Assembly (NCBI GenBank): GCA_028023455.1
Contig: JAQFVV010000007.1
Span: 9,052,001-9,116,000, forward strand
Direction of reading: 5' to 3'
Source of the DNA: Epiperipatus broadwayi
Lineage: Eukaryota > Animalia > Onychophora
DNA length: 64,000 nucleotides
A program made the position numbers and the translations under genes. Under the pieces are notes generated by a model. The model searched no databases. It had not been told where the DNA came from and saw only the letters and a list, made by a program, of their open reading frames with translations. Position 1 is the stretch's first letter. The number at the start of each line of letters is the position of its first letter. Below are positions 51,197-64,000 of this stretch, piece by piece.

Positions 51197-51999
51197 CTAT
51201 TTATATTTTCAAATCTTAACTCTAAATCCCCAATAGTGCATTGTAAAAAGTAATAAAGAATATAAATGATATTAATATTACATGGATTTGGCAATGCAAT
51301 AAGAAAGATAAAATTATAATACTTCATAAAGAACATAATAATCCCTTACCTTAGTTCCATATTTATTACAATATTTTGCAATTTTGTATTAATCCTTTCC
51401 TTAGACTCATTTCACATTACATAAGGTTTTTTGAAATTATTACCAAAATTTTTTTCTATAAGCATATATTCAAGATGTTTATGAAAGTATATATTGTAAC
51501 CAGTTGGGTTACATAACACACAATAATATAGTGTCTGTGCATATATATATATATATATGTGTGTGTGTGTAAAATAAAAGTAAAGTAAAGTAAAAATAAA
51601 CACAGAAAATAAATTTTTATAGATATTTTTCTCTATTTCCTAAAATAAAATAATAAGTAACAGGTTAAATAACTCTGGGTTTAAAATAAAATTTCATTAT
51701 GAAATTAATATTTTAAAAGGTCTGAATAAATATAAATATTGTATTATTATTATTATTCTGATTTTGAAATTTAAAAATAAGTATGGTATTTTTGAAATTT
51801 TTTAATTTGTAAATTTCTATTATCTAAGTGAAAACATGTATATCAGACCTTGATAAAATTTCAAGCTTGTTTTCAAAAGGATTAGACAGATTGAAAACAG
51901 TCACTATGTTTTATCACATGACTTAACCAAGATTATAAAAATACTGATAAAAAAATATCAGTTAATTTTTGCTTGCAGTTTTGGAAGAGTTAGCCAGAA

Positions 52000-52330
52000 G
52001 AGTCTGCTTTTAATATTTTATGCAGTGGCTAACTAGGCCAACTGCAAAGTTTGGCTTTAATTTTCTGAGGAATGGTTAGTAGAATAGCTAACAGAGTTAT
52101 ACAGAGTTCCTACGAAGATCTAAGGGAATACCAGTCCAGTAGCTGCCCTATAGTTTACTGCAGAGTTTAGATTCATAAGCCCAGGGTTACTTCAAATGGA
52201 TCAATTAGCTGCTTAAATATGTTCTAGAAGACAGCTTGACAATTGCTTGGACTACAAAACGAAGCTCATGGTATGCCAACAAATTACTTGAATACTTTTC
52301 CCTGGTATTACAACAAGCCTGAAATTATAT
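52000..52330 (+). mobile_element. Tc1/mariner-superfamily transposase remnant
   Basis: GIPVQ*LPYSLLQSLDS*AQGYFK aligns by eye to the P+.WPPRSPDLTPLDFFLWGYLK motif. Confidence 0.4.
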
Positions 52331-53279
52331 TTTTTTGATGGACCAAAAATCAAGCTTACCAAGAAAATGCTTGAAGAAATTGGTGTACATATGTTGCTGT
52401 TTATCTACAAATGCATGGAACCACAGATAAACATCTACGTGTATATACAGTGAGTTATTTTATTTTAATATTTCTTAAAACAACTTTTAAAATTATAAAT
52501 TAATAAATTAAAGCAAAACAAGTAAATAATTTGCTTGAGTCAAATGTCTAAAAGAAAGACAATTTGATATACATATTGTAAAGAAATAATTTTCATATTC
52601 CTTTATTAAAATGATATTCTTAAAGTGAGATATATAATCTATAATGATTATTTTAAATCATTTATTGTATAACCATTCAAATATGTCCATTTCTCAAATG
52701 TACTGCACTCTGTGCGCATATTTATATATCAATGCATGTCAGGTAGACCCATTTAGGTAAAAATTGATGTCATTTATTATTTTGAGAAAATTGAATGTGT
52801 TAATAAATTAATATAATGCACATCTGTGCTGATATATATACGCGTTTTGAATAAACCTATTAGAACATATATGTAAACCTACATATTTTATATCATTTAA
52901 AAGTGACAATTAAAAATATTTATTTGTAACAAGTCAAATGTGTTCAGAAATTACAAGCACACATATGTATGTGTGCGTGTATATATATCAATGCTAATCA
53001 AGTATAACTCATGTAAAATTTTAATCATTTTTTTTGTTATTATTGAATACCAATTGAAATACATTAATTGTATGTTATAAATCGCATATCTGTGTGCACA
53101 TATATGTAAATCAATGGAACAATTTGAATTTTGAATAGTAATTGCATAAATCACCAATGTGATAATTTTTTTTTGTATAAGACTTAATTTATATGTATAG
53201 CCACATAGACTTTAATTTCAATTTTTTATTTTTATTATTAATAAACTTGTATTTATTTGTTAAAATTGTATTAAATCAT

Positions 53280-54050
53280 CATTTCTTGATCACATGACAG
53301 TAATAGAGCTTGTGTTCTCTGAGCTAGATTCGTTCATGGGATGAATATATAAATGGGGATGTGTATTTAGTGTTTTGGGGACATCCAGTGATGATCAATC
53401 ATCATCATCCTGGTTGGTGCATAAGATTATATTCTTTAAAGCCCATGCACTACCTTTAATTTTAGTTTAGTGTTATTAAAAATTTAAGTTTATAGTTGGC
53501 CAGTACAAGTGGTCAGAGCATTGATGATGATCAGCATGTTTTTGTATCCCAGCATTATTGTTTAGATTTTTCTTAGTGTATTTTAATGGATGAGCACTAG
53601 GTTGATGCATCCAAGTTATGTTTAAATAATTGCCCAAGCTGGCAAAGGATGAATAGGTAGCCCGGTCTACAGAAGACCCATTTCCGATCCAGTCACAAGG
53701 TTGACTGTTGATTTCTATTTTTTATTGTTCAAATTCAGCCACAAGATGGACTGCTGATTTATTGTACTGATTTAGTTGATATTATTGATCATTCATGATG
53801 ATGAATGGTATTTTGAGTAGTACTCATACTTACTTATAATTATTTTACTTTATAATGCTGGTTGATAATTAATTATGCTTTTAGCTGCTGGCTGATGATC
53901 TCATGCTCCCCTTAAATAGTTTAAACTTATATATAACTTTGTAAATTATTGATATTTCATTTTGTATTGACTTGGGGTTGATGATGATTTGCCATCACCC
54001 TAGGTTCAGCCCATCTTTCTGTTTTCGATACCCCCATCCCATTACAATAT
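53280..54050. repeat. Unclassified ~800-bp dispersed repeat, second copy at ~60845-61610
   Basis: Shared blocks AAGTTTATAG(T/C)TGGCCAGTACA, CAGAGCATTGATGATGATCAG, ATCCAGTCACAAGG(T/C)TGACTGTTGATTT, TGCCATCAC.C.AGGTTCA. Confidence 0.75.
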
Positions 54051-54559
54051 ATATATATATATTTGTAACTATTTTTTTCTTTTTGTATATAATCTTCTTC
54101 TATTAGATCAATTATTCTTTTTCAGGAATAATGCTAATTTATTAATATTAGAAAAGTTGGCAGACCCAAAAGTGCTATTTCATATTTCAATAAAGATTCA
54201 CCCAAAAATTATTTATTTATTTAGCATATGGTATCAGCATGTTAAAATTTAACACAAACAGTTCTTAACCAATCAAGATCCACCTCCTCCAAGTTATATA
54301 GAACAAGGTAGCCAAAAGGCACCTTCTAAATTGGATACACAAAGATTGATATATAACAATAAGTATATTTAAATTATATATATATGGCTTTTGTAAAACA
54401 TTGCTACAGAATATCTAAATTTATTTATTAGAATGTTGATATGATGCTTCAAAGACATTATTTCATATAGTATTATTACAAAATATTTAATATTTTATTG
54501 GTTCTATTTTTATAAACTTATTATAATCATATATTACATTATTATATATACAATCATGT

Positions 54560-55060
54560 AAATATAAGTATATATCAATATTTTTATATGAGATCAACAT
54601 ACATTTTGTTTTTTATCCATTTGTATAAACTCCTTTGTCACACCATCAAAGGACAATTTTGTTCAAGCTCCCTTTATACTTATTTCCTTTAATACTAATA
54701 TTTCTTAAGTCATTTATAATAATGCACTAAGTGTAGAACCTTGAAAAACTCCAAATATATTCTTTTTACTCATTACTCAATCCATTTTATATTTTTGCTA
54801 CTACCTAACTATTATTTAAATAATTGAATATTTTCCCTCTAATTTCACAATTTTCTAAAGTGTGAATCAATTGTTTATGTTAACTGCATCAAATGCCTTA
54901 TAAAAGTCTAAAATATATATACTAATATATTTTTTATCATTTAATGCACTATTAATTTCATCTGTAAAATTCTCTATGAATTCTGTCCCCTATGAAACCA
55001 TATTAGCTTTTATTTAAAAAATTATTTTTATTTAATAAATTTCTATTATTTTAACAACTG
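54560..55060 (-). mobile_element. CR1/L2/Jockey-type reverse transcriptase remnant
   Basis: FTDEINSALNDKK..ILDFYKAFDAVN..GKIFNYL..NG.S on the minus strand. Confidence 0.65.
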
Positions 55061-55158
55061 AAGGAAAAATAGATATAATTCTATAGTTATCAAAATTATT
55101 TTTACCCTCAGGCTTAAAAAATAAACATTAAAAGCATAAAGCTAAACTAGTCAATAAA

Positions 55159-55950
55159 TAATCAAAATCACCCCAAATTCACAACTCAACCAGACCAGTC
55201 AAAAATAAACTCTAAAACATAACCAATCATTTCACCACTACAAACAGATTTCTCAAGTGTAAAGGACTACAAAATAACAACATATTTAAACTAAACATTA
55301 CCCACAATTCCACTTACCTCCCATGCATCCTTAATGTTAAAAGAACTTTTAAATAAGTTAACTGCTTCAGAATCATAAATTTTTAATAATAAAGGTTCTT
55401 TAATTCTTCTTTTTAATTTTATTTCTCTCAAAGAAGACAACCATAGTTTCATCAAAATTAATAGTGTGTCCTGTATCTTTTTCATGGATATACAAAGCAG
55501 AACTAAGATATTTATTTTTAACTCTACTTTTATGTACCTTTATTCTTCCATTTAGGTCAGAATAGTTTGAAAGAATAAAAATACATAAAAATAGAGTTAA
55601 AAATAAATATCTTACTTCTGCTTTATATATCCATGAAAAAGATACAGGCCACACTATTAATTTTGATGAGGTTAAGGTTGCTCTCTTTGTGAGAAATGAA
55701 ATAAAAAGAAGAATTAAAGAATATTATTAAAAATTTAAGATTCTGAAGCAATTAACTTATTTAAAAGTTATTTTAATATTAAGGGTATAAGAGAGATAAG
55801 TGGAATTGAGGGTAATATTTAGTTTAAATATGTAATTTTGCAGTTCTTTATACTTGAGAAGTCTGTTTATGGCAATAAAATTATTGGTTGTGCTTTAGAG
55901 TTTATTTTTGGCTAGTCTGGGTGAGTTATGAATTTGGAGTAATTTTGATT
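55159..55950. mobile_element. Head-to-head inverted duplication of a Penelope GIY-YIG 3' end (~390-bp arms, centre ~55560)
   Basis: Both arms encode RIK.HK.RVKNKYL.SALYIHEKDTGHTINFDE....F.RN.IKRRIKE; arms ~80% identical by eye. Confidence 0.9.
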
Positions 55951-57235
55951 CTATTTTTAATATTATAGGAAATTTATGAATGTGTTATTATTTTATTCAC
56001 CATGTAAATTATAATATCTGACAGTAAATTAATATTATTTTTGACGTCTAGCATTCTTATTTTATCTAGTCATGGACTTACATTAACTCTACATTATTTT
56101 ATTATTTCATATAATTCCTCTTCATTTAAATTTGGCATATATATTGAATGAGATTGACTATTATATGTTTTTGAAGTATTAACATGATTAAAAAAATTTA
56201 CAATTTTATTTTATTGATTCTTTCTAAAAATATGATTTAAATATATTTTCTAGAAGAAAACTATCATTTATATTTTAAAAATTTTTTTAAATGTTCATCA
56301 TTTATAGAATTGATTTCCTTAGTAATATTTCATTTATTTTTCGTTATGTGTGTGTGTGTGTTTTTGTCATCTTTATTTTCGTTTAAAAATTTTTTTATAA
56401 AACAATCATTTCTCTGCTCCTATAATAAAATTGATTTTATTTCTTAGTATCTTATATTTAAGAAATAAATCATGATTTTGTTTTTTGCATTCTTTCTGTT
56501 ATTTAATTTCAATACCTTTTTATCTATCCAATTTATATTGCACTTTCTACTATTTTTTGTAATCATAATGATATCTTATGAATTTTGTATGGGTATTAAA
56601 ATTTCTATACACTTCTCATACATAGGATTAATGTCACTGATTTTTTTGACTTCATGCCAATTAATTTCTTATGGCAATTTTCTAATAAGTTTATAGTTAT
56701 ACAATATCAATTTATTTTAGCTACTTCTGATGTAATTTTATCATGTTATATCTTTTTGTTATAGATAGAACTGTAAAATAATGATCAACAATCTTTTCTT
56801 TAATAGCCAGAGCAAATATATTATTTTAACATTAGACTTGTATTAATCTGATCAAAACCTAAACCAATATATTATTCATTATAATTATTCTCTTGTGAAT
56901 GACTTAATATGACAAACTACATCATAATTAGCTAATGCATTTATATAATCTTCAACAGATTTTTTATATAAAACAACATCCATATTAATATTATTCCATT
57001 CTTATTTTTCCCAAAACATCTTAACCATGATTTTAATACATTTATACACATTTTACAATAATTATCTGGTGATCTGTATACTAATAGTAACATAACTTTT
57101 TAGTTATTTAATTCAAAAGTTACCTGAATCACTTTGAAACTGTTAAATTAACTTCATTTTTCAAAATAAATATTTTCTCTAATAAAAATTAATATACCAC
57201 CATTTTTTCTATAATTTCTACAGTATGTAATTTTT

Positions 57236-58145
57236 GGTAATACAGCATTGATTGATCCACGCCATAAGATGGCACTGTTGCTAGTGAAAAACGAATAGAT
57301 ATAACATTGCCGGGCTGATTTGATTATTATTATTTTGTAATGTTATCGTGGGTTTTTTTTTTTTTTTTGGTTTGGATTTTTTTTTTTTGGACCGTATTTT
57401 GTTTTTTTTTTTAAATAAATAAATTGATTTTTAACTATTTTTTTTAATATGTTTTGTAAAACCTTTTTCTTCTTTATTTTTTTTGTAAAACTTGTTGTTT
57501 AACAAAATTGGATTACGGTTGTTTTTTTTTTTAAAGTAACTTTTTTTTTTTTTCGCTTTTGATTACGGTCTTCTTTTTTTTAAAGTAACTTTTTTTACTT
57601 GTTTTTGGCTTTTTACTTTCATTAAACTACCACAAAGGCAGTTCTTCTGGGTGAGGAGAATATTTCTCTGTTGAAGAAAGGCCACCGCATCTGCTTCTGT
57701 AGTCTGCCATTGAAATGTTTTGATCTCGAAAAAGTGTTGGAAAGTGCGCGACTTGATTGTGAACTTTGCCGAATTGTGACTAATACTCTTCATTAACTGA
57801 ATTCTGACCCCTAACAATGAAACCAGGGGCATTTGGAAAATCGTTACAATTTTTATGAACGAAAATAAAAAAAATACATCGATGCCAAAAAAAAAAAGTT
57901 ATAATATAGTTTTCGACATTCAAAATACAGAAACCTTCACATTATACGCTGTACAATAGTTAAGAGTAATGTCTATAGAAAGTCTTGCATACTCGTCACT
58001 AATAATGTTCAACATACTAGAGATGTTGGGGTAATGGGTGCACTTCAACATCTTAGCGGTTGAACAGTTTACTAGGCCGTAAGATCTATGAGCAGCCTTG
58101 TAAACAGCATATTTATGTGCTTTAGCGTAGAAACAGCGTATTACC
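57236..58145 (-). mobile_element. Merlin (IS1595/ISXO2-type) DNA transposon, internally deleted or garbled
   Basis: Terminal GGTAATAC inverted at both ends; perfect 8-bp TSD TAATTTTT (57228-57235, 58146-58153); EADAVAFLQQRNILLTQKNCLCGSLMK resembles the Merlin N-terminal zinc-ribbon start; CpGs retained. Confidence 0.8.
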
Positions 58146-58789
58146 TAATTTTTTTATAATTTATAATATTATATAAATTAATTTCTTCATTTTTTATATT
58201 TGTTTCAGTTAATATTAGAAAATCAATTAGATTAATGTAAGAATATATACTTGCAATTAATTTACCTCAATTTTTTCTTTTACTTCTAAGGTTAACATAA
58301 AGTATATTACAAAGATTATTTTCAATATTACTTACTTTAACTTCTACTTCTCAATCTACAAATATAATAGAGTTCTTTGTACCATATTGTCAATATCTTC
58401 CAATATTACAATCTTACCCATTTTGTACTAAAATATATTTAAACATAATTAATATAAAACTCACAAATTATTAACAATGTCATTTTCATTATTTATATAT
58501 ATATTTTCTCTCTACATTTTTTGTAGAAAATTTTCTCATTTTAATCAATCTAAATTTATAATTATTTTGTTTCATGGTATTTTTAGTTTTTGATATTTTT
58601 TAATTTTCTTTTGTTAACTGCTTAATTAATATATAATCTTTTATCTCCTTTATTTTGAATCAACAAGTCATTATATATGTCTTTGCTTTCTCATTTAAAC
58701 CATTCTCTAGTGTATTTAATATGTTTAAATTCATTTTTTACATGGGATCTCTTTTATGAAACATATTTTTTTGTTTTACCTTGAGATGG

Positions 58790-58940
58790 TTATGTATCTC
58801 ATGGCATACAACATAGTAGTGTGTGCACATATATACATGTTATATAATGAATATACTAATAGCTCTTAACAAGTTTTTCTGAATATCCCTATCTCAAGAC
58901 TGTTTTCTGGCTGCTGGCTGTCATCAGTTATGAGTTATTA
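58790..58940 (-). mobile_element. Divergent family A-like fragment with hammerhead-like motif
   Basis: CTGATGA-C-AGC cagca GCC-A-GAAA-ACAG-TC-TTGAG followed by GATAGGGATATT as in family A. Confidence 0.45.
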
Positions 58941-61784
58941 GTATGCTCATTATATAACATTTGTAGTACAATCTTATTAAATCATATGATGTATGACTTG
59001 ATTTCCTTGCAATATATATATATATAAATTGAAAGAAAAAGTAAAAATGATCATAAATAATAAAAAAAATTATATTTATTTAAAAAAAAATACATACTGG
59101 AATAACAGTTAAGACTTAAATAATTTTGAACTTAAAAAATTGTTCTAAATTAAACATTTAAAGGGATCTAGTAAATATTTTATTAATTCTGATTTTGAAA
59201 TCTAAAACAAGCTTGTTTTCATATTATAGTAGATAGTATTGGTAATTATAAAATTCCTCTATCTATTTTATAATTAGATTAAGAATTTGTTTTAATTAAA
59301 GCTTGTGATAAAATCCTACAATCTGCTGTTTTTAAAAGGATTAAAATACTTGTAGATAAAAATTTGATTTTAATTAAGGTGAATGGAAAAGAGTCATTAA
59401 CTTTTTTTGATCAATATAAAAAAAGAATTTACTTACTTATTCTTTTTCAAATTCCATGACATACTATAAAAAGATGGATTTAAATTATTTGTGAGACTCA
59501 TAACAGTTTTATGGCAATATTATTATGAAGATATAACTGAAGGCAAAAATAGTGTATCCATATGCTGCTGCTAGTGCAATGATGGTAGTATTTGAATTCA
59601 CATGAAAGCAAGATCTAGATTTTATGTGGTTCATAGCCTGAATATATATATATATATGTGTGTGTGTGTATGTCTGAAGTCTACCAAATTATAGACTGAA
59701 TGGATCTTACTGAATGTCAACAGTTACCCAATTTATACATTTTCTGAAGTTGTCAATAAACCAGTCTATTGTTTTAGAATGGACCAGTTTACCAAGAATT
59801 TCATCAGCTTGGTGGAAAGATTACCATGCTATGACTTTATAGATATGCTGATTAATCTATATGCAAAAAAACAACTGTACAACTACTGGTGATTGAATAT
59901 ATATATAGTGCATACAGCTGGTGAATGGAATGTGTTAGATATTGACAATGAGATTATTTTAATAACTTTTGCAGTTAAAATCTTTAAATTTCAAGATTTA
60001 GAAGTAAATAACTTTTGCCTAAATTATTCAACTAAAGGAGATACATTTACAAATAGTCAAAATAAGAGTCATAGATCACATGACCTTATTCTCTTAAGCT
60101 TGTAAGTTATAAACAATGAGGATTGCCAATTCCTCAACAAGCTTTGTGATAAATGCATTTAGTTTTATTTTAGTAAAAAGAAAAACTGCAAATATCATTA
60201 CAATTAACAGTATTCTGAAAAAAAAAAAACTTTTATGAAGGACTGTCAAAAAATTGATATATATAAAAAAAAAACCTTTAGTTACCATTAGAAATAATGA
60301 ATTGATTAATCATTTTGATTTTTAGGAGGACAATAATAATATGCATATACATGTGAATTTTATGTATATTTTTCAACATCAAATTATGTCTTGTGAAAAT
60401 ATGATTTCATAAGTTTATTTTGTAACTAATGAAATATCAGTGTGCACACACACTTGAATGCTTGTCATATAAATTCACATATATTAAAATCAGTCATCAG
60501 TCATATATATGTTAAAATTAATTATTATGTATTATAAAAATGAATTTTTATTATTGGTTTATGACAATTCAAAGATATTAATTTTAAATTATTATACAGC
60601 ATACGTGAGTCCTTATATATAGGTGTATTTTATGTAAACCTATTGAGATATATGTAAATTACAATGTAATAGCATATGTTTTATATTATTTTAATCAATG
60701 TCAGCATGGTGTATTCATATTTATAGTATAGTCTACAGACCTTTCATTTCATTTTATTGTCTCAAATTAATAAATTTATATTTCATTGAGTTATTCCAGT
60801 GAATTTATTTAATCATAAAATATATTTAAATATTATATGTTCTATTATTTCTTGACCACAGTAACAATTATAAAGCTCTTGCTCCCTATGAAATTATGCA
60901 TAACAGTTTGTTATATGGATTGAGGTTTATGTTTGATGTTATGGATATCCAAATAATTATGATAATCACTCTGGATGATGCAAAGTTATATCATTTAAAT
61001 TTAAAGTTAATGCACTAATTTTATATTTTATACTTCAGAATAATTAGCCACAACGTTTAAACTTTTTGCTCATTTAAATTTTATTTTATTATTGACCCAA
61101 AATTAAGTTTATAGCTGGCCAGTACATTAATGCTACTAAACTGCCAGAGCATTGATGATGATCAGTTATGATGGATCAGCATGTTTCTGTATCCCAGCAT
61201 TATTTTTTTAATTGTGCACCCAAATTATTGGTTATACAATTTGTCCCAAGTTTGACAAGAGCTAAATAATTGGCCTAGTCTATAGTGCATCACTTTCAAA
61301 TCCAGTCACAAGGCTGACTGTTGATTTTATTTTTTGATCATTCATGATGATAAATGATTCTTCTTCTTCTCTATAATGCTGATGAACTTATAGTTAGTCT
61401 TTGTTATTGCTAATTTTGTATGCTCCTTATATTCATTCCTTTTATATTTAATTTTATATCAAATTAGACTAGACTTTGAATTGGTAATAATGATAAGTGC
61501 CATCACTCCAGGTTCATCACTGTTACATTGTACTGTTAAAAAAATGGCACTGATGATGATGATTCTCCAGGTTCACCCCATGTTTACTCCATACCATTAC
61601 AAAATAGGTTATTGTTTGCATTATCAAAATCTTTCATCTCTAAATTATTTTAAGTAGATTAAACATATCAAAAATATACTTTATTTTTATACAGAAAGCT
61701 AATTTTAATTAAAGCTGTTTGTTTTTATCAACCTTAATTGTTTGCAGACTATTTTAAATTTTCTCTTACTAAATTTATTAAGAG

Positions 61785-62269
61785 AAAAAAATATTTTGTG
61801 AACCTCGGAAGAGGAAATTAAAAAAAAGATTAATTAAATGATATGTGTTGAGTGTAATATTGTATGGTTGTGGAGTGTGGACAATGAGTAATAAAATCAG
61901 GAACAGATTGAAAGCCTTTAAAATGTAGATATGGAAAAGAATGGCAAAACTCAGATGAATAAAATAACAAATGAAAAAAGTTTTGAAACAAAGAGTAAAT
62001 GAAAAAAGACCATTGATTGGGGAAATTAGAAAAACAAAATGGATTGGACATATATTAAGAAGAAAATATAGTTTAATGAAAGATGTTTTGGAGAGAATGG
62101 CGAATGGAATCAAAAAGAAAGAATGGCAAAGATGAACATTGTTGAATGATATAAAAAGATGAGAAGAGTTACATTGAATTGAAGAGCTGAGTGATGAAAA
62201 GAATGGAGTGACAAAATGAATAAATTGATGATATGATTATTCTCTGGAACTGTCCATGGAACAGAATAC

Positions 62270-62300
<31 letters not shown>
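61785..62300 (+). mobile_element. RTE-clade LINE 3' fragment with (GATT)n tail
   Basis: SVILYGCGVWTM..RLKAFKM*IWKRM..TNEKVL..KWIGHILRR; (GATT)n at ~62272-62300. Confidence 0.85.
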
Positions 62301-62301
<1 letters not shown>

Positions 62302-63206
62302 TTAAATTTTATCATTTTCTTCACTTAGCACTTTTTTAAAAAAAAAATTATTTTTTTTTTCATAAATAGAAGTTTTACTTAAATTCCATGTATTTAGTTG
62401 ATAAAAATTCCAAAGATAGTGATGTGGTGGGTCCGACAGATCTTGTCCTTAATCATCTAATATCAAAGGTGTCTTAAATAAATTTGTCTAGCTGCATAAC
62501 GATTGATGATGTGGGCTCTCATGAAATCTAGTCAACTACATTGAGGTGTGCTGGTGCAGGTAAATGCTCAGGACTGTATAGGACCTGGTCCCTGTATGGA
62601 CAGAGCAATGAAGTGGTACACCCATGAATCCTTGATTTCAAGTAACACTATGTATCACAGTTCATGTAAACTTCCAAAATAAAATTTATTTCTTTTCTTA
62701 ATAAACAAAAAAATTCCAAAGATTCTACGAATTGATCAAAATAATGTTTTTAAATCATTAATCAAATAAATTTTTATGTCCACTCTCATTATTATATTTT
62801 AATTTCAGTCATTTCATCTCCTAGGGAATTATCCATTTGATTTTTAATTTTAAAGTTCTTTTGTTTTTTATACTCCAAAAATTTCCAAGCTTTCTTATTG
62901 CTGCTACTTATATTTCTATAAGTAGATCCCTTCGATTCTGAACAACAGTAAGAATAAAAATCTTGATAATGTCTATTGCTCAATGCAAAATCCCTTTTTT
63001 TCCAAGAGATATATAACATGCTTATAATTAGCCATATTTTATCTCCATCCCAAAGTTAATGTCAATATATGTTGTAATATTAATAAATACAGCCAAATTA
63101 ATGTCATAAACACATCACCCAACAATAACGATTTCCTTCTTTCAAAGACAAGCAAGTACTGCTTAGAAGTACTTTTTAAAAAATGAAAAATAAAATAGTT
63201 TCACAT

Positions 63207-63905
63207 GTCATCATCATCAACAACCATTATCAACCCACTGCAGGATGAAGGTCTCTCCAAGTTCAATCCATTTTCTCCAATCTCTAGCATCTCTTCTCCA
63301 CATCACCTCTGCACACTTTCTTATTTCATCCATCCATCTCACATGTGATCTCATTTTGGATCTTTTACAATCTCTTGGAATCCAGTTTAAGATTTCAATT
63401 GTCCATATATTGTCATCTCTTCTAGCAATATGTCCAACCCAACTCCACTTCAGTCTTTTAATTTTTTCAATGAGGTCAGTAACACCTGTTTGTTTTCTTA
63501 CCCATATAATGTGTTTTCGATCTCTTATTATTACTCCCAACATGCATCTCTCCATACTTCTTTGAGTGGTCTAAAGTCTCTGTATTGCTCTTCTATTAAG
63601 TGTCCAAGTATCAGATCCTAAGAACTGGTAAAACACATTTATTAAAAACCTTTCTTTTCAAACACATAGGCATACTTCACTTTTAGTATCATGTTATTTC
63701 TACCAAAAGCACTTCAATCAAGTTTAATTCTATGATTAATTTCATCCATTATGTTTCCATCTGTATTAATAATCTGACCAAAGTATTTGTAACTGTTAAC
63801 TTCCTCTAATTCATCATAATCAATCTTTATTTTCATATTTTGAGAAAATCCATTAAACATTACTTTAGTCTTTTTAACATTTACCTTTAGTCCTACTTTC
63901 CACAT
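63207..63905 (-). mobile_element. RTE LINE 3' fragment, same family as 12229-14525
   Basis: KVGLKVNVKKTKVM.., MERCMLGV..KWSWVGHIARRDDNIWT; (GAT)n tail; near-identical to 12229-12960. Confidence 0.95.
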
Positions 63906-64000
63906 GTATATTTATAAATTAAAAATTGATATTATCACAAATTATAGTTAAAAGTATAATAAAACCTATGTGAAATAAATTATCATACCCTCATCTGTAT

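Overview
Very AT-rich, CpG-depleted eukaryotic DNA; an invertebrate or arthropod origin is my inference. I can recognise no host gene with confidence, only three weak candidate exons. The window is mostly decayed transposons: non-LTR retrotransposons (two RTE families plus other LINE fragments), Penelope-like (PLE) GIY-YIG remnants, hAT, mariner/Tc1 and Merlin DNA transposons, MITE-like inverted repeats, a tRNA-Gly pseudogene, and micro- and minisatellites. The main unexplained structure is about 18 minimal type-I hammerhead ribozyme (HHR) motifs, read by eye, in about 5 distinct non-coding repeat families (labelled A-E). They include a 475-bp tandem retrozyme-like array and a SINE-like family with Pol III-type boxes upstream of an HHR. 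Many of these elements sit as head-to-head fold-back insertions, several with 12-16 bp target-site duplications (TSDs), and PLE endonuclease remnants show the same architecture. This points to a PLE-driven ribozyme-retroelement system. All folds and alignments were done manually and none were computed.
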